From Antedon mediterranea (taxonomy: Eukaryota; Animalia; Echinodermata): a DNA stretch of 64,000 bases. The stretch is from positions 7,146,422 to 7,210,421 of the forward strand of contig NC_092678.1 of NCBI RefSeq assembly GCF_964355755.1, in the 5' to 3' direction. This document shows, in pieces, positions 1 to 12,948 of this stretch. Made by a program: the position numbers and the translations under genes. Within the stretch, counting starts at the first letter, position 1, and each line of letters starts with the position of its first letter. Below the pieces are notes generated by a model. It saw only the letters and a list, made by a program, of their open reading frames with translations. It was not told where the DNA came from and did not search any database.

Positions 1-3000
1 TTCTTTGCCACATTTACTTCCATTCAATATCCCTCCGTTACCAACAATAGCACATCTTTTGTATCCGCCTACGTTACTTTCTGGAGAATCCTGTGAATAT
101 AAAAAGTAATATTATATTACTATATTAATTATTTAAGAGTAATATCAATCCAAGATGCAGTGACTCGACTTTAATATGATTTTTCTCAACCATTGTCGAA
201 CCATTTGCATTTCCATAGCAACATTGATCAGTTTAACTAACTCAACAATTATTAGAATCAGAGGCTCCCCTAATAACTTTGATATACTGTATATTTTTTT
301 TATTCTTTCTGTTATATTTGTTCTTATATGTACTTAAACTGACCCGGGGAGAGTTTATGAGTGGGAGATAATAAGGTAATAAAATTACCGGAATTTGTAC
401 TAACTAAACTCATATTAAAGACCGGTTTTCTAGAAGCATATAAAATAGAATACTACCGTATTCATGCATTACGCATTCATGATTCAGTATTTTAAAATGT
501 GTTGCTCTGTAGAAATCAACAATATTCATAATGTAATTCATAATACTGTACACCTAAGTAGATTATTGTCATTTGATTGGAAGATTGTGATTCATTACTT
601 CATTGAACACTTGCGTCACCAATCATGCAGTGTGGGTATAATACGCAATGAATTTTGTTATTTCCAGTTGAATTTCGTTATACTGATTGTGTTAGTCTAG
701 GTTCTAGACGGAGTTTTTAGTCTACAGCTCACTATTTCGGTCGGTTGTTCGGTCGGTCGGTAAACATTAACTTAGATTTGCGCACGCGACCGCAGCGATG
801 TATATGGCCTTGTTATTTAAAATGTAAGTGTATTGAATGTTTGTATTCATAAACATTCATTATGTGATATACCAAGAATTTTGAAATAGGCAATCAATTT
901 ACCAATCACAAGTAATAAAATGAAAAATGATGATGAGCCAAAGGGTGTCTAGATTTTCGAGATCTAAGAAAATAAGATATCTTAGTTTTCTAGATCTAGT
1001 TTTCTAGACACCATGAGCCAAATAAAATAACTAGAAATAAAATAACCAATTATCTTTGTTATTTGTAGCTTAGTTATGATATATTAATACAAAGTTTAAA
1101 AACATACTTTGAGTAGCAATTTGTAGAATTCCTCACTTATATTAATGCTTCCCCGCCCTAAGAAGAACTTAAATGTTTGAGATATGTTGACGTTTCTTTG
1201 GCTTAATATCAATTCAGTATGAACAGTTTTTTTAAAGTCGGATCTATAAAAGAAGAAAGATTGAAAACACTCAAAGAAGCTTTTTATTTGCTCAATGTTA
1301 TTTGAAAAAGACAAAAACATGTGATATGCCTATACGGCCATGATGACGTCATATCACTACGATAGTTTGAGTTTAACACTGAGCATATATAATTATTTTG
1401 TAGAATAATTCAAAATATTACGAAACATTCAGAATCAGAATCAGAATAATTTTGTTGATCTCCAAAGGAGAAATTCATTTGCTAAAAGTTAAAATAATTA
1501 AAATATTAAAAATGTATAAATATAAAAATATTAAAAGTTTACATAGTAATGATATAAAAAGTACGATAAAAACAATACATAGGCCTATAAAGAGAATACA
1601 AGCACCAATAATAACAAGAAACAAACCCCCACCCCCCACCCCCAAGTTACATACATAAAAACAATTCAAAATATACATTGTATACTCATATAGACACTAT
1701 CAACAAATTTAAATTTCAAATTAATTTTCCTTTCTTCTTTCTTATCATAAAATTATATCAACATTAGAGAGGTTTCGCAATCTTACGAATACGATAACGA
1801 AAACGGATACGTCACGCACACGTATTCGTTTTCGTAAGCCATAAAAAAATCTGTTTCGCATGGCAACGAAATATTGAGGCGCGTCCAAAATATGACTGCG
1901 GTAAATTTGAGCGAAGCGCGGGTACGTGTTGTTCGGTGCTTGGCTGCCTAGGCCTAGCGTAACATCAAAGCGAGTGAGGACTTTAAAAACTGCTATTTAT
2001 CAAAATTGACTTGGCATTTTAGTAAATTACTTTAGTAAATTACTTTCAATAAATCTATAATTATATTATAATCATGAATCATTCCTGATTCAAATGCAAA
2101 ATGTGCAAAATAGATCAAAAACTATACTCGTTTTGTAGTTACGAATATGACTGGTGATATTCGTCAACACGAATACGCTTTACGAATATGAAATGGGGAT
2201 CAGCTCAAAAGTTTCACAAATGTGTGACGTATCCGTTTTCGTTATCGTATTCGTAAGGTTGCGAAACCTCCCTAATGGTAACATTTCCATAGGAAGAAGA
2301 ATAAGGCTAGAATAAAGATACTTACCTATAACAGAGTATTAAATAATAATAAATGGGTTTTTCTTGTTGAAATGGCAATGTTTTGTTTATATTTAGAAAC
2401 ATTATCTACCAAAATAAATTTTCTGAATTATGATTATCATGCTGTTTAGAAAATCTCCTCAACGGTGGGGGGGGGGGGGGGGGGGTCGTATGTTAATTAT
2501 TTCTTCATAGTGCGGCATTATGTATATCGTCCATGTTTTCCTATTTGTGTGAAGTAAAGCGGGACATATAGTATCATATAATAAGAAATGCGTTTTCTTG
2601 TTTTTTTAAATGGCAATGTTTTGTTTATATTTAGAAACATTATTTACCAAAATAAATTTTCGGAAGTATAAATAGGATTATCATGCTGTTTAGAAAATCT
2701 CCTCAACGAGGGGTCGTATGTTAATCATTTCTTCATAGTGTGGCATTATGTATATCGTCCATGTTTTCCTATTTGTGGGAAGTGAAGCGGGACATTTTAT
2801 TGATAGGTTTAACATGGAAACCTAACATTTGATAAATGATTATTATTATTATTTACACCATGAAGTATATCTCCATGATCACAATATAATAAACTTTTTT
2901 ACCTTAACTGTTGCAAATTCGATATGTTATGTTTCCAGGGTTTCATAAACATAGTTGAGATGTTGAGTTTACTTTCACTTTTGGTTGACATATTTCCAAT

Positions 3001-3562
3001 ATACTGAAATTTATCCTTTCGAATAGGTAATTGTGTTGGTAAACTGTCCTCTATTGTTTTCTTTTCTGTTTTTATGCTTGTGAAATTGATTTTAAATTTC
3101 TTTAAATCTATGACTGGTGAATTAAATCTCATCTGAACATACTTGTTATCGATATTTTGTTGATGAATGTTCCACCTAAGGTAAATGCATAAAATAGATT
3201 GTGCGAGATTAGATTTTTGGAGTGATAAGTCAGTAGGCAGGTTGCCAGATCTATCAACTTTTTCTCTGTAGGTCAAATTTAGATTAAACCGCTATCATTA
3301 TAAATGAAACCATCGCAATGAATCAAACACGGAATGTTATAAATTTCTCTTATGAATAAACAAATGCTGTTTTTAAATGAGATAATCATATAAGAAGAAG
3401 AAAGATATTATTATGGTACTGTATTAAAATATAAATATAAAAAAATTTAAAAAAATGATTATTTTTATTTTTAATAATTGAAAACTGTACTTACCATAAA
3501 CACGTTGTAAACATAACAGACATTACAAGTGCGAACCAAAAGAACTGAAGAGCCGGCTTCAT
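1..3562 (-). CDS. ST8SIA: ST8Sia-like alpha-2,8-sialyltransferase (GT29), paralogue A, 5' part (3' end lies outside window)
   Basis: Exons read by hand: 3495-3562 (ATG; MKPALQFFWFALVMSVMFTTCLW, type II signal anchor), 2903-3175 (stem), 1108-1243, and 1-90 ([30 protein letters not shown], start of sialylmotif L). All introns are GT-AG, with the same phases as paralogues B and C. Confidence 0.9.
943..1012. mobile_element. 70-bp palindromic MITE with 9-10 bp target-site duplication (MULE-like)
   Basis: GGTGTCTAGA...TCTAGACACC inverted ends, flanked by the direct repeat ATGAGCCAAA (933-942 and 1013-1022). Confidence 0.65.
1767..2272. mobile_element. PIF/Harbinger-like MITE in intron 2 of gene A
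   Basis: ~50-bp TIRs (GAGAGGTTTCGCAATCTTACGAATACGATAACGAAAACGGATACGTCAC and its near reverse complement), flanked by TTA/TAA. Confidence 0.75.
2357..2795. repeat. Local ~230-bp tandem duplication in intron 2 of gene A
   Basis: AAATGGCAATGTTTTGTTTATATTTAGAAACATT...GCGGGACAT occurs twice; the first copy carries a poly-G run. Confidence 0.8.
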
Positions 3563-3737
3563 GGTTTTCAAATAATTAATGATTATATCAAGGCGTATAA
3601 TGCTGGAAAACATTTAAGAGAAAACATCAGATAATTGTAAACAATCTAAACAATTTATATATTATTATATTAACACCTAAATAAATCCTTGCCATTTGTT
3701 TGGAAGATTGTGGGTCACATGGCGTGCAATAGTACGC

Positions 3738-6700
3738 ACTATTAAACGTCTATATTATTGATTGAACAGAAGATGTTATATTATCTTCCAAAAACACGAA
3801 AAATGAAAGTTAATAAAATCAGACTCTGAATAAGCCATGTCGCAGTTTAAAATAAAGTTAATAACAACAAAATAAGCTGTTAAATTTGCAATATAAAGGT
3901 TCTATAGAAATTATTTTTAGTGTGCTACGAAGAATATTGTTCAATTTGTTGACTCCTTTGAATATAGGGTACGATTATTGAGCAAACAATTATTCTACCA
4001 AAATTCAGCCGTAATTCAATGTTAACCAGAGAAGAGTTAATGCTCTTCCTGGTTTAACAAATCGATTCTTTATAATTTACAGCTATTAATCAATGGTCTT
4101 GTTAGTCTGTATTTAGAAAAGTTAGATCAAGTAGAAATAATATACTTGTTTTGCATTGTGATCCTGTCGACAAAAACGGATACAAATTTATTTGTTATAC
4201 AATTACAATTATACTATTATATTAACAACAAAAAATAAAAACTGGAAGTTAAATGTTATGAAAAGAAATGAGATCTGTATCTAGCTTTAAAGGACATAAT
4301 CGTGGGTGAATGTATTTTTCTTGGTCCTCAAGCTTAACTGAACATTGAGAAAATCTGTATTATGTCCTCAGCGCCTACTACCATATCATCAGCACACCAA
4401 TAGACAATCCCATACTCTTTTGAAAGCTTTCATAAACACAATTACTGGCTCTAGTTTCCAGTAATTACTGTATACAGTAAAAATTATTACAGTAACCACA
4501 TTGTTACTGTAAATTGTTCATACAGTAATTTCTGTAAAATGTTTGTAGATTATATTGCAGTAATTGCTTTTATGGGTCGTCCTTGCATCCATTCACTTTG
4601 GTTCTATTCAATTATAATATTCCAATTATTTGTATTTTGTCTTTGTTATGTGTTTTAAATGTATTGTTGAATGGATTCTAAATGAATAAATGAAAAATGA
4701 AAAATATAATTTACCATTACTAACATGCTGCATTATTGTAAAATGTACGAAAATGTACAACGGTAATTACTGTGATTACAGTAATATATTAAATATATGA
4801 AAATGTGTTATAGATAATATGTATACAAAGAGGAAACTATGTAGAGAAAAGATAAAAACAAAAATCAATGTGATAAAACAAATGAACAAAACTCTTTAAA
4901 AAAGTGTATGTAAACAGATGATGAAAACAAACATTGTTAATTAATAATAATGTATAGTGTACTGAAATGAAAATGTGTTGTAAAATATATGTAAAGAGAA
5001 AATATATATGGAAATAAAAGTGGGATGAACCCCACATAAGATAAACAAAATATAAACTGCTATTGTAAATTGGTTTAGATTAATTTCAAACAGTAATTTT
5101 GGTTTAGAAATATTTAGTTTAGTAACGGTAACAGCGCGGTAAACAGTCTCCCTCTCAATGCTTTTCTCCTAATTGGTGGATCTACAAACAGAAAATGATA
5201 AGATTGACAAATTAAAAACAAGAAATATTTCTTACAAAAAATGCTGCTCGACATTTTAAAATTCATTCATTCTTCAGATATATTTACGATTAATTAATTA
5301 TTAAAAGATGTCCTTTAATCGCAAAAATACATACAAATCTGTAATTATGATTATGGTCAATTTTGAACTTTAATGTGCTGTGTGTGTGACCTCAACCTGT
5401 TGGCGTGCAACTGAATACCCTCTGGAGACAATGTGACTTCATGGAAATTCTTCCCAGTCTGTTGATTCGCGCCAACCAATCAAAGGGCGAGAATCCAAAA
5501 TCGTTTAACAGTGAGTCCTCATAGACTCTCTTTTCCCAGACGTTTTTTTGATCCAGCAGATGGGATCTCTAAATTATAGTCGCGTTTACAAAGTCGCAAA
5601 ACTGTCGGCCTTAGATACTATAACTGCTGCTTGCTTTAGCTTATTAATGAGTAGTGCTCATGGGACGTAGCTGGCTAGAGCAGCCGCAGCGTGATTAACA
5701 TATAAAGGATGAATACTGTATAAGCACAAATGTATTAGCTTTGAATTCACTTTATTCCAAGTAATATTTCTATACCATTTACCATCTAAACATTTTAATA
5801 GAATAGTTCATTTTAAATTCCACCGAGTCACCGCCTACTGTAGTATTGTACGTAATATATTACACATTTTGTTTTTTTACCATGTTTTTTACACCGTGTG
5901 ACTATACGTTTTCCTTTGTATAATTGTTCCCGTTTACTTGCTTAAATGTTATCAATATTTTACTGATGTAAACTATAAACTTTCGCGTGATACAGTTTCT
6001 TAATGCTTCTGTCCTCTTGGATATAACTGCCTAAAAGCGAAAAGTATTTTTCTATAGACCTAGAGCCCAATGACTAGTAGTAGTAGAATTATTAATTTTC
6101 ATACTCCAATTTTGATAATAATTTCCAAAAAACAATTTTTAGTCCAGCCTCAGTGATATATCTCTTCATTATGACCATAATTCTCTAGTATCATAGGCAC
6201 ACTCCGTCACTTTGTTTCACGGTGCCTGTATCATAGAAGGTCACGATTAAGTTAGGCTAGGTCTATGATACAGTTGTCGCATGTTATGCTGTATCACGGA
6301 GTTTGCCTTTTTACAATCGTGATACAATTTTACTGCGATATTGTGTATTCATGTATTTTTCGAATACTAAAATAAACATTCTGCCAAAATATATTATATT
6401 TCCTCATGTAGAAATAGTGAATAAACCACATGGAAGAGTTAGTATCAATAGAAGAGCTTAATGAAGTCCGCCGTCACATTAAAGCTGCTTTTACATCGCA
6501 TATTTACATAATAAGATGCTTAATTTTAGAACTATTAAACGTATATATTATTGAGTGAACAAAAATGAAAGTTAATAAAATCAGACTCTGAATAAGCCAT
6601 GTCGCAGTTTAAAATAAAGTTAATAACAACAAAATAAGCTGTTAAATTTGCAATATAAAGGTTCTATAGAAATTATTTTTAGTGTGCTACGAAGAATATT

Positions 6701-9434
6701 GTTCAATTTGTTGACTCCTTTGAATATAGGGTACGATTATTGAGCAAACAATTATTCTACCAAAATCCAGCCGTAACAATTCATAGTTAACCAGAGAAGA
6801 GTTACCGTAATGCTCTTCCCTGGTTTAACAAATCGATTCTTTATAATTTACAGCTATTAATCAAAGGTCTTGTTATGTGTGTATTTAGAAAAGTTAGATG
6901 TTAGATTTATTTATTTAATTATTTATTTAACAACATATTTATACAGGATTATACACAATCAAGTAGAAATAATATACTTGTTGTGATCCTGTCGACAAAA
7001 ACGGATACAAATTTAATTAGTTATACAATTACCATTAATTATAATAACAACAACAAATAAAAACTGGAAGTTAAATGTTATGAAAAGAAATGAGATCTGT
7101 ATCTAGCTTTAAAGGACATAATCGTGGGTGAATGTATTTTTCTTGGTCCTTAAGCTTAACTGAAAATTGAGAAAATCTGTATTATGTCCTCAGCGCCTAC
7201 CATATCATCAGCACACCAAAGACGATCCCATACTCTTTTCAAAGCTTTCATAAACGCAATTACTGGCTCTAGTTTCCAGTAATTACTGTATACAGTAAAA
7301 ATTATTACAGTAACCACATTGTTACTGTAAATTGTTCATACAGTAATTTCTGTAAAATGTTTGTAGATTATATTGCAGTAATTGCTTTTATGGGTCGTCC
7401 TTGCATCCATTCACTTTGGTTTTATTCAATTATAATATTCCAATTATTTGTATTTTGTCTTTGTTATGTGTTTTAAATGTATTGTTGAATGGATTCTAAA
7501 TGAATAAATGAAAAATGAGAAATATAATTTACCATTACTAACATGCTGCATTATTGTAAAATGTACGAAAATGTACAACGGTAATTACTGTGATTACAGT
7601 AATATATTAAATATATGAAAATGTGTTATAGATAATATGTATACAAAGTGGAAACTTTGTAGAGAAAAGATAAAAACAAAAATCAATGTGATAAAACAAA
7701 TGAACAAAACTCTTTAAAAAAGTGTATGTAAACAGATGATGAAAACAAACATGGTTAATATAATAATATGTAAAGAGAACATATATATGGAAATAAAAGT
7801 GGGATGAACCCCACATAAGATAAACAAAATATAAACTGCTATTGTAAATTGGTTTAAATTAATTTCAAACAGTAATTTTGGTTTAGAAATATTTAGTTTA
7901 GTAACAGTAACAGCGCGGTAAACAGTCTCCCTCTCAATGCTTTTCTCCTAATTGGTGGATCTACAAACAGAAAATGATAAGATTGACAAATTAAAAACAA
8001 GAAATATTTCTTGCTCGACATTTTAAAATTCATTCATTCTTCAGATATATTTACGATTAATTAATTATTAAAAGATGTCCTATAATCGCAAAAATACATA
8101 CAAATCTGTAAATATGATTATGGTCAATTTTGAACTTTAATGTGCTGTGTGTGTGACCTCAACCTGTTGGCGTGCAACAGAATACCCTCTGGAGACAATG
8201 TGACTTCATGGAAATTCTTCCCAGTCTGTTGATTCGTGCCAACCAATCAAAGGGCGAGAATCCAAAATCGTTCAACCGTTAGCCCTCATAGACTCTCTTT
8301 TCCCAGACGTTTTTTTGATCCAGCAGATGGGATCTATAAATAGTCGAGTTTACAAAGTCGCAAAACTGTCGGCCTTAGATACTATAACTGCTGCTTGCTT
8401 TAGCTTATTAATGAGTAGTGCTCATGGGACGTAGCTGGCTAGAGCAGCCGCAGCGTGATTAACATATAAAGGATGAATACTGTATAAGCACAAATGTATT
8501 AGCTTTGAATTCACTTTATTCCAAGTAATATTTCTATACCATTTACCATCTAAACATTTTAATAGAATAGTTCATTTTAAATTCCTGTCGCGTCACCGCC
8601 TACTGTAGTATTGTACGTAATATATATTACAAATTGTGTTTTTTTACCATGTTTTTTACACCGTGTGACTATACGTTTTCCTTTGCATAATTGTTCCCGT
8701 TTACTTGCTTAAACTTTCGCGTGATACAGTTTCTTAATGCTTCTGTCCTCTTGAATATAACTGCCTAAAGGCGAAAAGTATTTTTCTATAGACCTAGAGC
8801 CCAATTTTGGTTTAGAAATATTTAGTTTAGTAACAGTAACAGCGCGGTAAACAGTCTCCCTCTCAATGCTTTTCTCCTAATTGGTGGATCTACAAACAGA
8901 AAATGATAAGATTATCCTCTTGAATATAACTGCCTAAAGGCGAAAAGTATTTTTCTATAGACCTAGAGCCCAATGACTAGTAATAGTAAAATTATTAATT
9001 TTCATACTCCAATTTTGATAATAATTTCCAAAAAAACAATTTTTAGTCCAGCCTCAGTGATATATCTCTTCATTATGACCATAATTCTCTAGTATCATAG
9101 GCACACTCCGTCACTTTGTTTCACGGTTCCTGTATCATAGAAGGTCACGATTAAGTTAGGCTAGGTCTATGATACAGTTGTCGCATGTTATGCTGTATCA
9201 CGGAGTTTGCCTTTTTACAATCGTGATACAATTTTACCGCGATATTGTGTATTCATGTATTTTTCGAATACTAAAATAAACATTCTGCCAAAATATATTA
9301 TATTTGCTCATGTAGAAATAGTGAATAAACCACATGGAAGAGTTAGTATCAATAGAAGAGCTTAATGAAGTCCGCCGTCACATTAAAGCTGCTTTTACAT
9401 CGCATATTTACATAATAAGATGCTTAATTTTAGA
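3738..9434. repeat. Tandem segmental duplication, two ~2.8-kb units upstream of gene A
   Basis: Unit 1 (~3738-6530) and unit 2 (~6531-9434) are collinear and nearly identical. The ORFs at 4837 and 7607 share the same N-terminus (MWGSSHFYFHIY), and both units end AATAAGATGCTTAATTTTAGAA. Confidence 0.92.
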
Positions 9435-11532
9435 ATTTTAGATAGGATGTAAATTAGAATATAAAAATAAAATATGGAAAAAGACTTGACTAAAATCGTT
9501 CTTGTCAAACTGTGTATCGATTTGTGTTCGGGTAGAGAAGCTATAAACTCAGGGGAGGAAAATAAAATATCCTTCCTTTTTACCAAGACAACATGAAATG
9601 AAAACAATTATTATTGAATATCGGAATGATATATTTAATGAAAACCGTAAGGTTATAAGAGTCCATACACTGTGCAAGTTCAAGATAGCGATGATCTTGC
9701 ATTACTAAGCTATTTGCCTTGGTCAACATTGTCAATACAAAGACGCATGGACAGTTCAAATAGTAGTGATATGCCCAAATACGGTAGCGATATGACATCA
9801 TCATGTCCACATATGGGCACATCACTTGGCACATACAGTGTGATAGTAGTGTAGATAGAGCTTAGTCAGAGAAAGGATCTTGAAGTGAAACTCGACACAT
9901 TTTTTAACTTCTTTAGGCACACCCACCTGTGAGTTAGACGGAACAGAATTATCACTAGAATCAATCATTCATTGCAACAATTCGTCAATAATACATACAT
10001 AAATATATAGCTATAACTTTTCCGACTGTTGTCGCTATCGTTTTGATTTAGCTTTTCGATTTTTTTTTTGGTATCTCCATTGAGATCCAGCCACTGATAC
10101 CCACAGCATTGTCATTTTTTTTTCTGTATTTTGCCTTTGTATATATTATGTATAGGCCTGCGGACGAATTTGGTGTGAATGATCTTATGCTTTACCACTG
10201 AACCCATTTTCCACGATATTTTTCAAAAGACATGAATGTTTCCTTGTAGTAATACAAAGATTACTTGCGTTTTATATATCTTGCGGTATACATTGCACAC
10301 TATTATATACAGTCAAGAAGAATACTGAATAAACATCAAACAGCAATGCAATGCTGTTAAAGTAATGTAAAGATTACTTACGTTTTATATATCTTGTGAA
10401 GTTTGTTTTAAATCATTATCTTTAGTTTCCAACGTTGCATTTCTTCTCTACCAATACATTATTAATGGATTATACACGTCATATCGTTATTCTTCACTAA
10501 CGGTGTTTCGCTGTCTGAAATTGTCGTAGGCGTACTCTTAATCCAGAGGGGGCGCTTGTTATCTCCGGCACACGGATTTTTTTTTCGTCAACAGACATCA
10601 CAATATGACACAAATGAGATGCTGTATTACCGAATTTTCCTGTCATATCGATCCTATCTGGTTCTATTATTGATACCCACTGTACCTCACAAATGATAAA
10701 CGCTTAAATCAATCCTTATGGCAAGTAAGTAAAGCGTTCGATGCTCACTCGCTCCGTGGTTCTGGTGGTCTTCTGGGATAAGGACTATATACCGTAGGTC
10801 TAGTGTGCACAAAATGCTCTTGCACACAAAGAATCTGGTACAGTCGCCAGAAAGGGTTATCATGCACACCCTCCCCCTCCCCTTCCCCCCTTCAACCCTA
10901 TTTTTAATTGGTGCCACTAGCTGAAAAATGCGTAGACAACGATTTTCTATGTGCCGCCATTATACACAAATCAACTGTTTGCTATATCTCGACCAATACT
11001 AATGATAACCCAACCCAACCAATTTGGTGTTCAGACCCATATGTTTTCATGGTCAAGATCATTTTAAAACCATTCGTAGGGTAATCCCAAGTGTCAATAA
11101 CTAGTTATGTTAATGTTATGCAAATTAGTGCCGCCATTATACAAACAATCTTTTTTGCCATATTATTACCCATATAAATATCTGTATAAATGTTTGTATC
11201 AAGGAAAATAAAAGATACCAATTTGTGTTTTGTATGTAACATTAAGGTTGAGGAAAGGTACAAAGAGGAACCATTTATATATATATATTCTTTATCCATT
11301 CAGCAACGAAATATTTAGTTCATGTTTTATAGGTCTATAAATAATATACCACTAAATACAGTAAAACATTTATTTTAATATTTTGTTAAAAACTGTCACT
11401 GTCATAGTCGATTGAAATAGTAAAGTACATGTGACGATACACCACTACGACGTTTATATTTTTATCAGTAATATAGTTTATTTGTATATTATGTGTAACA
11501 GTAGGGCCTCTCACACTCACAGTAATGCAGTT

Positions 11533-12112
11533 TATTACCTCCGCCAAGGAGGTTATGTTTTCACCCCTGTATGTTTGTGTGTGTGTTTGTGTGTTTGTGT
11601 GTGTGTCTGTGAACAGCCTGGAGGCCACAGTTTTTATCCGATTCTAACCAAATTTGGACACAATGATCTATGGCCAAAAAGCTCGGACGAGTTCGAATTT
11701 GAGGGGGAAAGGTCATAGGTCAAGGTCACAACTAACAAAAAACTATTTTACTGCCTAGAGACCACAGTTTTGATCCGATTCTCACCAAACTTAGCCACAA
11801 TGATCAATGACACATCATATAATTGTGATTAAATTTTGAAGGGTCAGGGTCAAAGATCAAGGTCCACAAAAAAAAAAAAAAAATAATAAAAAAAAAACCC
11901 TCAGTGGGACTTGAACCAGCGATCTCAACTGTGAGAGGCTGGACACATAACCATTACACCACACTGTCATCCACAACTTTGTAGTGTGCAGTTAACATAT
12001 TTACACTTAGAACTAATTAAAAAAAATGTAAAAAAAATATATTCAGGGGGAATTTTATGTAGGGGAATTTCACAGTAGGCGGAGGTTTGTACTCTCGGAG
12101 TACCCTCTAGTT
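11533..12112 (+). mobile_element. Non-autonomous Helentron/DINE-1-like element
   Basis: 5' subTIR ACCTCCGCC with adjacent IR GGAGGT, an internal GT-rich microsatellite, 3' subTIR GGCGGAGGT, hairpin GTACTC-TCG-GAGTAC and a CTAGTT end. Confidence 0.7.
11898..11965 (-). pseudogene. tRNA-derived sequence (Glu-CTC-like) inside the Helentron-like element
   Basis: Minus strand reads GTGGTGTAATGGTTA (A box)...CTCTCAC loop...GGTTCAAGTCCC (B box); stems are imperfect. Confidence 0.55.
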
Positions 12113-12948
12113 TGTATATATGTTTATATTATATCTACCAGTACAAACAAAATTTGCGATTCAAATGGCGACCAAAAGTGGTTAATAGGTATTTACAGTA
12201 TTGAAATACTGTATCTTACAGGTATACTTCAAAATAATTTGGAATGTTCCATTCATCACAAATAAATATACATTTGTATAAACGTATATTACCTCACGAC
12301 AAATAATATTTTAAAAAGAAAATCGGCCTGTCTTTAACGTTATGATGCTGTACTCGAGCTGTTTAACCGGTTTTCAGCCATTAAAAACAATAATCATAGG
12401 AGGAGATAGGAAAATGCGAAGCATCCACGTATTATTGTGTGTGGGTATTTTTCAAGATGGACATCCGTAGATAGTGTATACCACGATCGGAAAGCACCCC
12501 TATTTGGGGCAAATCGTTGAACCTAAATTCGTTTTAATTGTCAATAACTAATTGTCGAACTAAATTTAATTAATAAACAGGATTACATCACGTGGTTAAA
12601 ATCAGTACCAAAAGTACGAACCAACTTTATATACCATCGAGTAAACATTTTAGAATTAACGCGTGATTTATTGAATTTTGCCCTTCACAAATGTATATAG
12701 ATAGTACAATACTTACATTGAATAGCAGATACATCATCGGTGTATATTGATATTTTTCCTCTTCTCTCACCAGTAAATAATGAAACGTTAATACTTTTAT
12801 CTGTTACATTCTCTCATTTTTATTGACTCTAATTATACAACGTCTGCCTTAGATTACTTTTTTGTTTTTTTTTATCTTAAGTACATTGTAATCTGATAAA
12901 TCTCATTCCGGATTTAAGAGAACTTATCTATACTAAAATTATACTTTA

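Noticed and set aside
4291-5314. TTAA-flanked Kolobok-like element (AGGACAT...ATGTCCT)
   Set aside because: Only a 7-bp terminal match, and the right end recurs at ~35120 in a different context, so the pairing of ends is uncertain.
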